Shown in pieces: positions 1 to 10,237 of a stretch of 64,000 bases of DNA (position 1 is the first letter of the stretch; each line of letters starts with the position of its first letter). A program made the position numbers and the translations under genes. Below the pieces are notes generated by a model that was not told the DNA's origin, did no database searches, and saw only the letters and a program-made list of their open reading frames with translations. The DNA is from Nitrospirota bacterium (GTDB lineage: Bacteria > Nitrospirota > UBA9217), in assembly GCA_963754875.1 (NCBI GenBank), contig CAVWHO010000008.1, forward strand, positions 224,001 to 288,000. The letters are read 5' to 3'.

Positions 1-192
1 GCGACACCGTCTCCTCTATACCTCGAATGTATAATACAGACCTAAAAAAACAATTTGCCATAGAGATCACAAAGAAAAAAAGCTTCACCTCTAGCACGCC
101 TAGACCAAAAAGTGAAGTCTTTCACATCTAGCGGTTATTGATTTTTTTTGCGTTCTTTGCGTCTTTGCGCGAACAATTGCTCTTCGTTTTCA

Positions 193-3100
193 TCACGGCT
201 TGCCTGATTGAGGCGCGGCGTCAATAATTTCTTCTGCCGATTCTCTTCTTGCGTGTTCTGCAGCCAGGAACATGTACATTGCCGGCACGACGAACAGCGT
301 GAACAGGGTGCCGATGGCGATGCCGGTCATGATCACCAGACCCATGCTGAAGCGGCCGGCCGCTCCCGCACCCGATGCGGTCACGAGCGGCAGAACGCCC
401 AGTACCATTGCCGCGGTGGTCATGAGGATCGGCCGCAGCCGGATAGCGGCGGCCATCTCCACGGCCTCTCGTTTTCCCTTGCCCTCGCGCTGCAGATCAT
501 TCGCAAACTGAACGATCAGGATGCCGTGCTTGCTGATGAGTCCGATCAGCGTGACGAGGCCCACCTCGGTATAGATGTTGAGGCTCGCGCCGCCGACGCC
601 CAGGCTGATGAAGATCATGGCCCCGCAGATCGACATGGGCACGCTCACCAGAACAGTGAGCGGGTCACGGAAACTTTCGAACAGCGCCGCCAGCGCAAGG
701 AAAATTATGATAAGGGAGAAGAAGAACGTCACTTCCAATGCCGTCGATTCCTGCACGTACTGCCGCGACTCACCCGCGTAATCTATGCTGTAGCCCTGGG
801 GAAGCACGTCCTTGGAAAGCGCCTTGAGCGTGTCCAGCGCTTCGCCGAGCGTCACCCCGGGTCTCGTCACCGCCGAGATCGTCGCCGAGTTGAGTTGCTG
901 AAAGTGGTTGAGTGATTCGGGTACGACCTCGGTCTTCAGCTTCGCGATAGTCGAAATCGGGACCGACGCTCCGCCCGGGGTCCTGATGTAGTAGTCCTGC
1001 AGCTGCGCAGCATTGAGCCGGTCATGCTGCATCACCTGCGGGATCACCTTGTAGGAGCGGCCGGCAAGGCTGAAGTAGTTGACGTAACCGCCGCCCAGCA
1101 TCGACCCAAGCGCGCCGCCGACGTCGCGCATGGTCAGACCGAGCTGTCCGGCCTTGTCGCGGTCGAACACCACGGTAGTCTGCGGCTTGTCGATTTTAAG
1201 GTCCGTATCGAGGAACGCGAACTTGCCGCTCGCATAGGCCTTGCCCATGAGCGCCTGCGACACCTCGTTCAACCGCTCGAACGACTCCGTAGTGCCGATT
1301 ACGAACTGCACCGGCAGGCCGCGTCCCGAACCGGGCAGCGGGGGCGGCTGAAATGCAACCGCGCGAAGGCCCGTGATGTTCCCGAGCCTCATCTGTACCT
1401 GCGGCTGGAGCTGTGCCGCCGTCTGCTTGCGTTCGTTCCAGGGTTTCAGCACCATGCCCGCGATGCCTGAGTTAAGACCGCCGATACCGTCGAACTGGAA
1501 TACGTGGTCCATTTCCGGAAAGGACGCGTAGGTTTCATAAACCTGGCGGGTAAAAAGCCGTGTCTGGTCCAGCGAGGCGTTCGGCGCGGCCGTGGCAAAG
1601 GTAATAATGATTCCCTGGTCCTCCTGCGGCGCAAGCTCGTTCTTCGACGTCGCATACAGGAAATAAATGCTCACCAGGATGAGGACCGCGAACACTCCGG
1701 TGACCGGCAGGGTGTTGAGCGAACCGTGCAATAAACGCTCGTACCCGCTGCGCAAACGGTTAAACTGTTTGTCGATACCCGCCGCGAACCGGTTCTGGCC
1801 GCCATGCTCATAGGGTTTTAAAAAACGGGAGCACATCATGGGCGACAGCGTGAGCGCGATGACCGCTGACACGGCAACCGCTCCTGCAAGGGTATAGGCA
1901 AACTCGGTAAAGAGCGCGCCCGTCAGACCTCCCATAAACCCGATCGGTATATACACCGCGATAAGCACGACTGAGATCGCGACGATCGGACCGGCGAGCT
2001 CCTGCGCGCCCTGGAGCGCCGCGGGCAGCGGTTTCATGCCCGTCTCCATGTGCCGATGCACGTTCTCCACGACGATGATGGCGTCGTCAACGACGAGGCC
2101 GATGGCGAGGACCAGCGCAAGCAGGGTCAGGAGGTTGATGGTATAGCCGAGGACGAGCATGATAAAGAACGCGCCGATGAGAGAGAGCGGCATGGCAATC
2201 GTCGGGATGATCACGGACCGCACGGTGCCGAGGAACAGGAAGATCACGGCGGTCACGATCAGGAGCGCCTCGACCAACGTGCCGATCACTTCGCGGATCG
2301 AACTGTTCACGTATTTGGTGGCATCGTAGACGATGCGGCCTTGCAGTCCTTCCGGCAATTGCTGCGCAATGGGCGGGAACGCTTTGCGTACGCCGTCGAT
2401 CACGGTAAGCAGGTTCGCCGTCGGAGCGACCTTGATACCGATGAACACCGCGCTTTCTCCGTCGAAGGCGACCGCAGTGTCGTAATCCTCGGCGCCCAGC
2501 GTTACGTTGGCGACATCTCCGAGCCGGACGATCGCGTCGTTCTGAGACTTGATCACGAGGTTCCGGAACTCTTCCACGGAATGCATGCCGGTGTCCGCCG
2601 TGAGGTCGACGGTGACCATCTGGCCCCGGGTACGGCCCACTGCGGAAATAAAATCGTTTGCTGCGAGGGCGTTACTGACGTCGGTGCCGCTCACGCCGTA
2701 GGCGGCCATCCGGTCCGGGTCGAGCCATGCCCTCAGCGCAAAACGACGCTGGCCGAGGACCTCGGCTGTCTGCACGCCGTCGACGGCCTGCAGCTTGGGC
2801 TGGACAACCCGGAGCAGATAGTCGGTTATCTTATTGGTGGGAAGGACGGAACTGTAAAACCCGATGTACATGGAATCGATGGTCTCGCCGATGGCGATGG
2901 TAACGACCGGCTGCTGCGCGTCCCTCGGCAGCTGGTTCAGGACCGCATTCACCCGCGTGTTGATCTCGGTCAGGGCCTTGTTCGGATCATAGTTCAGGCG
3001 TAGGCTCGCCTGGATCGTGCTCACACTGAGCTGGCTCGTCGAAGTGAGATAGTCTATGCCGTTTGCTTGGGCAATGGAGTTTTCGAGCGGCGTGGTGATG

Positions 3101-3285
3101 AAACCGGCAACCAGCGCCGGGTCGGCGCCGTAATAGATGGTTTGGACCGTGACGACTGCGTTCTGGACCAGCGGATACTGGCGCACGGGGAGGAGACCCA
3201 CCGACCGCAGGCCGAGCACCAGGATCAGCAGGCTGACCACGGTGGCAAGCACCGGACGTTTTATGAACAGATCAGTGAATTTCAT
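193..3285 (-). CDS. RND efflux permease subunit (AcrB/AcrD/AcrF family, MexW-like)
   Basis: 1030 aa; N-terminal FIKRPVLATV, GLVVDDAIIVVEN and RLRPILMTT motifs; downstream of MFP and OMF genes. Confidence 0.95.
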   Translation of the reverse strand: MKFTDLFIKRPVLATVVSLLILVLGLRSVGLLPVRQYPLVQNAVVTVQTIYYGADPALVAGFITTPLENSIAQANGIDYLTSTSQLSVSTIQASLRLNYDPNKALTEINTRVNAVLNQLPRDAQQPVVTIAIGETIDSMYIGFYSSVLPTNKITDYLLRVVQPKLQAVDGVQTAEVLGQRRFALRAWLDPDRMAAYGVSGTDVSNALAANDFISAVGRTRGQMVTVDLTADTGMHSVEEFRNLVIKSQNDAIVRLGDVANVTLGAEDYDTAVAFDGESAVFIGIKVAPTANLLTVIDGVRKAFPPIAQQLPEGLQGRIVYDATKYVNSSIREVIGTLVEALLIVTAVIFLFLGTVRSVIIPTIAMPLSLIGAFFIMLVLGYTINLLTLLALVLAIGLVVDDAIIVVENVHRHMETGMKPLPAALQGAQELAGPIVAISVVLIAVYIPIGFMGGLTGALFTEFAYTLAGAVAVSAVIALTLSPMMCSRFLKPYEHGGQNRFAAGIDKQFNRLRSGYERLLHGSLNTLPVTGVFAVLILVSIYFLYATSKNELAPQEDQGIIITFATAAPNASLDQTRLFTRQVYETYASFPEMDHVFQFDGIGGLNSGIAGMVLKPWNERKQTAAQLQPQVQMRLGNITGLRAVAFQPPPLPGSGRGLPVQFVIGTTESFERLNEVSQALMGKAYASGKFAFLDTDLKIDKPQTTVVFDRDKAGQLGLTMRDVGGALGSMLGGGYVNYFSLAGRSYKVIPQVMQHDRLNAAQLQDYYIRTPGGASVPISTIAKLKTEVVPESLNHFQQLNSATISAVTRPGVTLGEALDTLKALSKDVLPQGYSIDYAGESRQYVQESTALEVTFFFSLIIIFLALAALFESFRDPLTVLVSVPMSICGAMIFISLGVGGASLNIYTEVGLVTLIGLISKHGILIVQFANDLQREGKGKREAVEMAAAIRLRPILMTTAAMVLGVLPLVTASGAGAAGRFSMGLVIMTGIAIGTLFTLFVVPAMYMFLAAEHARRESAEEIIDAAPQSGKP

Positions 3286-3382
3286 AGGTACACCTGCTCA
3301 GGTCCAGGATGCACGACCGAGGACAGACGCGCCCCCCCTTCGTGGATCATGGATCATACATCGTTCGTTGAATTCCCAGCTT

Positions 3383-4510
3383 CTACTCGTCCACCGGTTT
3401 CGGCGACTCCTCGTTCTCCGGCTGGACCTGGTTATTAATTATCACCTCGCTGCCATTCTTCAGCTTCAACTGACCGCTCGTCACCACGGTGTCGCCTTCC
3501 TTGACCCCGGTGAGCAAAGCGACCTGATCGCCGCGGGTAGGACCTACGGTAACGAAGCGCTGTTCAACAATCAGGCGAGGCTTTCCCTCAGTGCCCTTCC
3601 CGCTATCCTGGACGATAAAAACGGTGTCTCCGTAGGGGTTATAAGTCACGACCGTCTGCGGAAGCGTCACATAACGCTGCACTACACCGGCCCGGACGTC
3701 GACGGTTGCATACATTCCCGGCAGCAGCACGTGTTTCGGATTGGCGATCGTCGCCTCCACCTGGAAGTTCCGCGTCTCGGGGTCCACTTTAGGATTGATG
3801 ACCGTTATCTTGCCCGCGAACATGCGGCCCGGGTAAGTGTCCGTCGCTACGGCAACAACCTGCCCGAGAACGATTCGCGAAAGCTCCTGCTGCGGCAAAT
3901 AAAAGTCGACATAGAGCGGATTAAGCTGCTGGAGCGTAACGATCTTATCGCCGGGATTGACATATTGTCCCGGATTGACCGTACTGATACCAAGCCTGCC
4001 GCTGAAGGGGGCTCGTATGGTTTTTTTGTCGACCAGTGCCTGTTGTTGCTCAACCTGGGCGCGCTTGCTCCTCAGATCGGCCGCTTCGCTGTCCAGCGTT
4101 GCCTGGCTCACGGCCTGGATCTCGAACTGTTTTTTGTCTCGCTCGTAAGTCGTATTCGCCAGATCTGCCGCGGCCTGATTAGCGCGCAGCTGGGCGGTGT
4201 CCGCATCGGCGTTGAGTTCCACCAGCACTTGCCCTTCTTCGACTTCCTCGCCGGACTTGAAATGGAGCGAGCGTACGAGCCCCGATATCTCGCTGCTTAC
4301 ATCGACGCCGCGGACGGCGCGCAGACTTCCCACGGCCTTCACTTGCGGCTGCCAGGGCTGGAATTCAGCCTTCATGGCGGTGACCGCCGCCGGCGGCATT
4401 TTGAAGGACATGTATTTTTTCATCATACTGGCCTTGAAAATCTGAAAGCCGAATAGACCGCCGAACAGCACACCGACGGCAGCGATCATAATTACCATTC
4501 TCTTGACCAT
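3383..4510 (-). CDS. RND efflux periplasmic adaptor (membrane fusion protein)
   Basis: ATG at 4510 with GGAG RBS; N-terminal TM helix, IRAPFSGRLG and LLPGMY motifs. Confidence 0.93.
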   Translation of the reverse strand: MVKRMVIMIAAVGVLFGGLFGFQIFKASMMKKYMSFKMPPAAVTAMKAEFQPWQPQVKAVGSLRAVRGVDVSSEISGLVRSLHFKSGEEVEEGQVLVELNADADTAQLRANQAAADLANTTYERDKKQFEIQAVSQATLDSEAADLRSKRAQVEQQQALVDKKTIRAPFSGRLGISTVNPGQYVNPGDKIVTLQQLNPLYVDFYLPQQELSRIVLGQVVAVATDTYPGRMFAGKITVINPKVDPETRNFQVEATIANPKHVLLPGMYATVDVRAGVVQRYVTLPQTVVTYNPYGDTVFIVQDSGKGTEGKPRLIVEQRFVTVGPTRGDQVALLTGVKEGDTVVTSGQLKLKNGSEVIINNQVQPENEESPKPVDE

Positions 4511-4580
4511 GGTCCGATTCTCCGTATATAAGTTCAACCAAAAGCATTTATTCACAGGGATGAAGGCATTCAACGGCCAT

Positions 4581-6095
4581 TCATTCCTTCATCGATAATC
4601 CCCCCGCTGGACCATCTTGCTTCAATTCGTTTCTATTCCACCAGCCGCCGCCGAGGGCCTGGAACAACGCCGCCGTATCGGCAAACCGCAAAGCCTGTGC
4701 CTGGACTAAACCAATCCGAGTCTGTTGGTACTGGCGTTCGGCATTGAGCAGCGTAAGATAGCTCACCGCGCCGAGCTGAAACTGCTTCTGCGTAAGGTCG
4801 AGTAAATCGCGGGCGAAAGCATCGGCGTCGGCCTGCGCCTTGAGTGCATTCGCGTCTGCATCGAGCGCGCGCAGCACGTCGGCCACGTTCTGGAAGGCCT
4901 GCAAAACGGTCGCACGATACTGGGCCGCCGCCTGATCAAACACCGCTACAGCCGCACGCCGCTTCGCGCTCAATTCTCCGCCGTGGAACAACGGCTGGAG
5001 CAGCCCGCCGCTGAGGCTCCAGACACCCGTACCGCTCCTGAAAAGAGTTCCCGATGAAATTGCTTCCGAGCCGTAACTGCCGGTCAGCGTGAGTTGCGGA
5101 TAAAGATTTGCGATGGCCACGCCGACCTGCGCATTCGCTGCGTGCAGAAGCGCCTCCGCAGCGCGGATATCCGGACGCTGTCGCGCCAGCGAGGAAGGCA
5201 GGCTTATGGGCAGTTTTGCGGGCAGCTGCAGTCCGTCAAGCGTGAACCGGGGAAGGTCCGCCGTTTCACTGGGCAGCCGCCCCACGAGCACCGCCAATTG
5301 GTGGCGCGTCTGGGACAGCTCCTTTTCAAGGGGAGGCAGGGTTGCTCGCGTCTGAGCAAGCTGCGTCTGTTGCGCAAGCACGTCGGGGCGTGCTGCGCCG
5401 CCCAGCCGGAACTGCTGCTCGATCACCTCGAGCTGTCTTTCCTCTGCAGTGAGGATCTCCTGAGTAGCCGACAGCTCAGCCCGCAACAGGGCCTCTTTCA
5501 CTGCCGTTGTTACGATGTTCGACGTGATCGTCAGATAGGCCGCCTCGAGCTGAAAGCGCTGGAAATCGACTTGTGATTGCAAGGCTTCCAGTTCGCGTCG
5601 CGCCCCACCGAAGAGATCGAAGGCATACGTTACATTCACCGAGGCATTATAAAGCGTGAAGGGGCTGAAGTTGGCTTCGGGCTGACCGAAGGCTGCGCCT
5701 GATATTTTCTGGCGTGAAACCGAGCCGCTTGCGTCCACCTTGGGGTAAAGAGCGGACCCGACAAGGGCGTTCAGGTTTTCTTGCGCCTGGCGCAGGGTCG
5801 CCTCTGCAGCAGCAAGAGTAGGATTGCCTGCCAGCGCCTGGTGCATAACCTGGTCCAGCTCCGCAGAGCGAAAGAGCGTCCACCACTGGCCGGGGATGTC
5901 CCCTCCCGGAATCAGACGCTGAGATGCGCCCCCTGTCCCGGGCGATGATGGGGTTTCTGCGGACAGCGGCTCCGCAGTATATGCATGTGTATCTGGGGCC
6001 TCTGGCGGTCTGAAGTTTGGCCCGACGGCACAGCCTGCCAATAGCACAACAAGTGCACCCGCGATCGCTTCCCTGACGAACTTTCTTCTAAACAC
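4581..6095 (-). CDS. Efflux outer-membrane factor lipoprotein (NodT/TolC family)
   Basis: Lipobox LAGC, RPDIRAAE motif, C-terminal ALGGGW. Confidence 0.93.
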   Translation of the reverse strand: MFRRKFVREAIAGALVVLLAGCAVGPNFRPPEAPDTHAYTAEPLSAETPSSPGTGGASQRLIPGGDIPGQWWTLFRSAELDQVMHQALAGNPTLAAAEATLRQAQENLNALVGSALYPKVDASGSVSRQKISGAAFGQPEANFSPFTLYNASVNVTYAFDLFGGARRELEALQSQVDFQRFQLEAAYLTITSNIVTTAVKEALLRAELSATQEILTAEERQLEVIEQQFRLGGAARPDVLAQQTQLAQTRATLPPLEKELSQTRHQLAVLVGRLPSETADLPRFTLDGLQLPAKLPISLPSSLARQRPDIRAAEALLHAANAQVGVAIANLYPQLTLTGSYGSEAISSGTLFRSGTGVWSLSGGLLQPLFHGGELSAKRRAAVAVFDQAAAQYRATVLQAFQNVADVLRALDADANALKAQADADAFARDLLDLTQKQFQLGAVSYLTLLNAERQYQQTRIGLVQAQALRFADTAALFQALGGGWWNRNELKQDGPAGGLSMKE

Positions 6096-6196
6096 TCTTG
6101 CATCCGTCCTTCCGTGTTGATACGATCAAGTGCCAAAGCGTCTCGAACGTTCACCCTATACTTGAAATCATAGCACAGCCGTCAAATACGGGACTA

Positions 6197-6222
6197 TTTA
6201 TGTATAAATTTTATGTATAAAT
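6197..6222. repeat. Perfect 13-bp tandem repeat (tttatgtataaat x2) upstream of the RND operon
   Basis: Read directly at 6197-6209 and 6210-6222; degenerate third copy follows. Confidence 0.6.
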
Positions 6223-6630
6223 TATCTGTAAATTAAGAACAAAGTATCAAGTCAGAGACGCGCTCGAAGTCGGACATCAACTTCGCGCGGCGACAAGCTG
6301 CACTCGTGGTGGACGATTCTAGATCAGGCTAATAAGATCAATACGCTGTTCCTGGAACAAAAAAGCGGGAAACATACGGCTGGACGACTGAAGAAAATTC
6401 CCCTATTTTCATCGAAACTCGTAAATTTGCTTGATTTTTTTTGGGAAAAGAATATAATTCAGCCGTTTTGCTTCTTTTTTAAGGATTAATGCAACAAAAA
6501 AATCTTGTCCGCTTCCCGGACCACGATACCCGACGGTACCTCTAACTGCGGTGCGTTGTTTATTCAATTCATCCTTATTGCGACAAACGCGCTGCTGTTA
6601 TTCAGAAGAGAAGAAAGGGGGTGAAAAAAC

Positions 6631-6789
6631 TTGAAAAAGATCAGTGCAATTATAGCAGTCCTTGCAGTTGTTGCGGTTTTCGCTTTTGCCGGCTGCCAGA
6701 AACAGGAGGCCCCGACGCCTGCACCGCAATCAGCAGTAACGTCAACAGCGACCACCACTGCGCCTGCAGCAATGCCCGGAATGAAGTAA
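6631..6789 (+). CDS. Small 52-aa lipoprotein (absent from the ORF track)
   Basis: TTG start after AAGGGGGTG RBS; MKKISAIIAVLAVVAVFAFAGC lipobox, then a Pro/Ala/Thr-rich tail; terminator hairpin follows. Confidence 0.8.
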   Translation: MKKISAIIAVLAVVAVFAFAGCQKQEAPTPAPQSAVTSTATTTAPAAMPGMK

Positions 6790-6813
6790 GTGAACGGATT
6801 TACCATAAAGGAA

Positions 6814-6848
6814 GTCCCTCCGGTTTTGTCCTGCCGGAGGGCCTTTTG
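6814..6848 (+). terminator. Probable intrinsic terminator of the small lipoprotein gene
   Basis: ccctccgg/ccggaggg stem followed by cctttt. Confidence 0.6.
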
Positions 6849-6956
6849 TATTGCGGATCTTGCCTTGAATGCCTGTTTTTTGCCTGCAGCGTTTCCCGGT
6901 TGACACCGTTCCCGGCTGCGCTTGCATTGGCGGGGAAATTATTTCATAATGCTCTT

Positions 6957-8192
6957 ATGTCCAGAAAGCAAATCGCCAGCTGGTGTCTTTTCGACTTTGC
7001 GAATTCTAGCTACTCCGCGGTCATAGCTGCCGTCATCTTCCAAGTCTATTACATCAATATTATCGTCGGGAACAAAGAGGGGAAAGGCGACCTTTGGTGG
7101 GGCGCGGCAATCTCGCTCAGCATGCTCGCTGTTTCCCTTTCCTCTCCCTTTCTCGGCGGCATTGCAGATTACACCGGGCTCAGAAAACGCCTCCTTGGGG
7201 CGTACACGCTTACCTGCATATCCGCCGTTACCGCGTTCTCATTGCTCGGCAACGGAGACGTCCTCGCGGGATTTATTCTCATCGTTCTTGCAAACATCGG
7301 CATGGAAGGAGGCCTCGTGTTCTATAACTCCTTCCTGCCGCAGATTGCGCCGGCGGACTACCAGGGCCGCGTCTCAGGATGGGGTTTTGCGGTCGGATAC
7401 GCCGGTTCCATACTCTCGCTCCTGATTGCCCTTCCGCTTGCACAGGCCGGCAGGTTCGAACTCATCTGGATCATGGTGGCTGCATTCTTCGCTCTTTTTT
7501 CCCTTCCTGCCTTTCTCTTCCTGCCGCAGGACCGGCGTATGAAGGTGGCCCCGGCGCAAGCAGGACTCCTGGGAATAAAGAAAGCCTGGCAAACGCTTCG
7601 GGAGATCTGGGGCCGAAAAGAGCCGAGAAAGTTTCTTCTCTCCTACCTCATCTATGAAGACGGCGTGAATACGGTTATCGTGTTCTCCAGCAGCCTGGCA
7701 GCCACAACATTCGGATTCAACCAGAGAGAGCTTATTATTCTGTACCTGCTCGTACAGGTTACGGCGCTCGTCGGTTCATTTCTCCTTTCGAAACCGACGG
7801 ATGTTTGGGGTCCGAAGTTCGTCGTAACGGTTTCACTCCTTCTCTGGTCCCTCGTTTCGGTATCTGCATTCTTCGTCCAGAGCAAGCCACAATTCTGGCT
7901 CATCGCCTGTACCGCCGGCCTGGGTCTCGGTTCCGTGCAGGCAGGGACCCGCGCGTTCTTTACCCAGTTCGTCCCCGAAGGAAAGGAAGCGGAATACTTC
8001 GGGGCCTATTCCCTGGTCGGGAAATCCTCTGCGATCATGGGCCCGCTTGTGTTCGGCCAGGTATCCGCAGCTTTCGGCAGCCAGCGGCCTGCAATCTTGT
8101 CCATTGCTGCCTTTTTTATTATTGGTTTTCTCGTGCTTCGACAGGTCAAAGGGGGCGGACCGAACGTGAGAAGACTGAAGGGACCGGCATAG
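6957..8192 (+). CDS. MFS transporter (UMF1/ATG22-like family)
   Basis: Start MSRKQIASWCLFDFANS; about 12 hydrophobic segments; FYNSFLP and EYFGAY motifs. Confidence 0.88.
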   Translation: MSRKQIASWCLFDFANSSYSAVIAAVIFQVYYINIIVGNKEGKGDLWWGAAISLSMLAVSLSSPFLGGIADYTGLRKRLLGAYTLTCISAVTAFSLLGNGDVLAGFILIVLANIGMEGGLVFYNSFLPQIAPADYQGRVSGWGFAVGYAGSILSLLIALPLAQAGRFELIWIMVAAFFALFSLPAFLFLPQDRRMKVAPAQAGLLGIKKAWQTLREIWGRKEPRKFLLSYLIYEDGVNTVIVFSSSLAATTFGFNQRELIILYLLVQVTALVGSFLLSKPTDVWGPKFVVTVSLLLWSLVSVSAFFVQSKPQFWLIACTAGLGLGSVQAGTRAFFTQFVPEGKEAEYFGAYSLVGKSSAIMGPLVFGQVSAAFGSQRPAILSIAAFFIIGFLVLRQVKGGGPNVRRLKGPA

Positions 8193-8357
8193 CATGTTGC
8201 TGCTGAGGGCACGGAGATGCTGCTAGACTCCACAGCTATTGTAGTACTGCAATCCATACTTCATCTGACCCACTGCCGTACAACGTGAAGTCTGCTCCGT
8301 TGGAGGACCAGCATTTCGCCAGCGGAGCAGATTTGTTAATTAACGCTTCCTTACTCT

Positions 8358-9572
8358 TCAAGATGAAGCAGACCCATAAGTACCCATCTTGAAGCTAAAC
8401 GTTCCCAACAGATGATAGTGGGGCGTAGGTGATATTGTCGAATCGTAATCAGTGAGCATAACATCAAACGTGCCGTTGACGTCGCCCGAGAGTGTTGAAT
8501 CTTGAGTAAAGGTGATGGTGCCGCTCTCCACTTTTTTCAAGGCTGATTTCTCGCCATTGAGAACGATGAAGGTCCCGGGGAACTTTTCATAGAACGTATT
8601 ATCCTCGATAGCAAACGTTTTGCCGCCGATGCTTGGCACGGTTCCATTCGTTTTAGGTATGTCGATCCGCATAACAGTCTTAAAATTCGGGTCCCACACA
8701 TTTTCCCCCACATCGGCCTGTATGGACCAGAAAGAATCATTGTTCGTGGAATAAAAGAAGTTCGGCCTGATGAGGCCGTACTCATCATACGTGACGGTAA
8801 AGCTGTCGGTCGTGTTTTGGGTCGTATCGGCATTCGACGGCACGACAACGGCGGTTGATGCATTCGAATTGCTCATCACGGTTGCGCCGGGTCCGGTTTG
8901 ACCGCCTCCCGAACCGCAGGCAGTCAACGATCCTAATGACATGACGGCGACCAGTACGGAGGTCACCAGCATTTGTTGTAAACGGATTCCGTGCTTAATA
9001 TGATGCGGCTGGACATATCCTTCCTCAATGAGCACCTCACCGAGCTTTTTCCGGCTTAAAACCTGTTTGAGGAGAGCTGCATCAAGCTGCTCACGGGTGA
9101 TGTGGCCGGCTGAGACCAGGATTTCGCCGAGCCGGAGGGGACCGGGAACAGGCTTCGGAGGCTGCTGGTTGTTTTGAAAATCGAGCAGCCTGTTCAGCTG
9201 CTGCTTGGTGAGCATTCCGTTGCGGACAAAAATCTCGCCGAGCTTGTCTCCTGTTTTCTTCTGCTCGTCCAAGGCTTGACTGAGTTCCGCCTCGGTGATG
9301 TGTCCGGCCTGGAGGAGCAACGCGCCGAGCATTTGACGGACTCCGGCCGCAGTTGTAACGGCTTGATCGGTATCATCGAGGCGTTCCTGCACTGCAAGAA
9401 CAGCATTGATGTCCGCGGGATCAAGCACTCCCATTCTGACCAGCACCTGCCCGAGGAGTTCATTGGTATGTTTCTGCTCCTCGAGAGCGCGCCCCAGGTC
9501 CGAGGAAGACATAAAACCGCCGTCAACAAGAATCTGTCCAAACGGCCGTTTAATACGCTTTTGCATCGACAT
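8358..9572 (-). CDS. Triple MshEN (c-di-GMP-binding type) protein with internal lipobox and extracytoplasmic C-terminal domain
   Basis: Six MshEN-like motifs, including the consensus match RLGEILVSAGHITREQLDAALLKQ; then MLVTSVLVAVMSLGSLTAC-GSGGG; ATG 9572 with AAGGAG RBS. Confidence 0.75.
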   Translation of the reverse strand: MSMQKRIKRPFGQILVDGGFMSSSDLGRALEEQKHTNELLGQVLVRMGVLDPADINAVLAVQERLDDTDQAVTTAAGVRQMLGALLLQAGHITEAELSQALDEQKKTGDKLGEIFVRNGMLTKQQLNRLLDFQNNQQPPKPVPGPLRLGEILVSAGHITREQLDAALLKQVLSRKKLGEVLIEEGYVQPHHIKHGIRLQQMLVTSVLVAVMSLGSLTACGSGGGQTGPGATVMSNSNASTAVVVPSNADTTQNTTDSFTVTYDEYGLIRPNFFYSTNNDSFWSIQADVGENVWDPNFKTVMRIDIPKTNGTVPSIGGKTFAIEDNTFYEKFPGTFIVLNGEKSALKKVESGTITFTQDSTLSGDVNGTFDVMLTDYDSTISPTPHYHLLGTFSFKMGTYGSASS

Positions 9573-9685
9573 TGCAGACTCCTTTGCGCCCCCTAAAGCG
9601 GCGCCCTGTTTTTCCAAACCAATGCTCCGCTGCGAATAGACCGGCCCTTCGATGGACCAGCCTTCCCACTTACAGAACCATTATA

Positions 9686-10198
9686 TCATGTTTTTCCATA
9701 AATATCTTGTTTTTTTATCACCGCGCTGCTTTGGACGGCGTTTCTGCTCCCTCTGTCTCCATCTCCCGAACCGCTGCTCGCCCTGTATTTCAAAGGACTT
9801 CCGCTGTACTCCGACGGGTAAGCCGGGGCATAGGTCGATTCATGAAGGAAGACTCTTTGCCCGATCAGGGGCGCCAGTTGATGAATGACATGCTCCTTGC
9901 TCAGAAACGCATTGGCCCCGGCATCAACGAACTGACGGGCCCTTGCATCTACGCTGCAACCGATAATGAACGAATCCGGAGAAAATCGGCGCGCCAGTCT
10001 CGCTACCTCATCTCCGTTCATCTCCGGCATCAAATAATCGGTGATGATGATTTCGAAGCGCTTTGATTTCATCAAATCGAGGCCGGACCTCCCGCTCTCG
10101 CAGCAGCTCACGTTATGGCCTTCGAATTCCAGAAGTGCTCGAAGCATATCCCTTGTGGTTTTGTTGTCATCGATGATCAAAACATCCAGTCTGCTCAC
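9686..10198 (-). CDS. Single-domain response regulator (CheY-like receiver)
   Basis: VLIIDD, IITDYLMPEMNG and AGANAFLSK motifs; C-terminal tail unassigned. Confidence 0.85.
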   Translation of the reverse strand: MSRLDVLIIDDNKTTRDMLRALLEFEGHNVSCCESGRSGLDLMKSKRFEIIITDYLMPEMNGDEVARLARRFSPDSFIIGCSVDARARQFVDAGANAFLSKEHVIHQLAPLIGQRVFLHESTYAPAYPSEYSGSPLKYRASSGSGDGDRGSRNAVQSSAVIKKQDIYGKT

Positions 10199-10237
10199 GT
10201 CTGTTCTCCCACATTATTACCGAACGTTTTTTTGACG

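Noticed and set aside
6621..6956. N-terminal extension of the 523-aa MFS ORF
   Set aside because: Overlaps the small lipoprotein in another frame and a terminator; the MFS motif starts at ATG 6957
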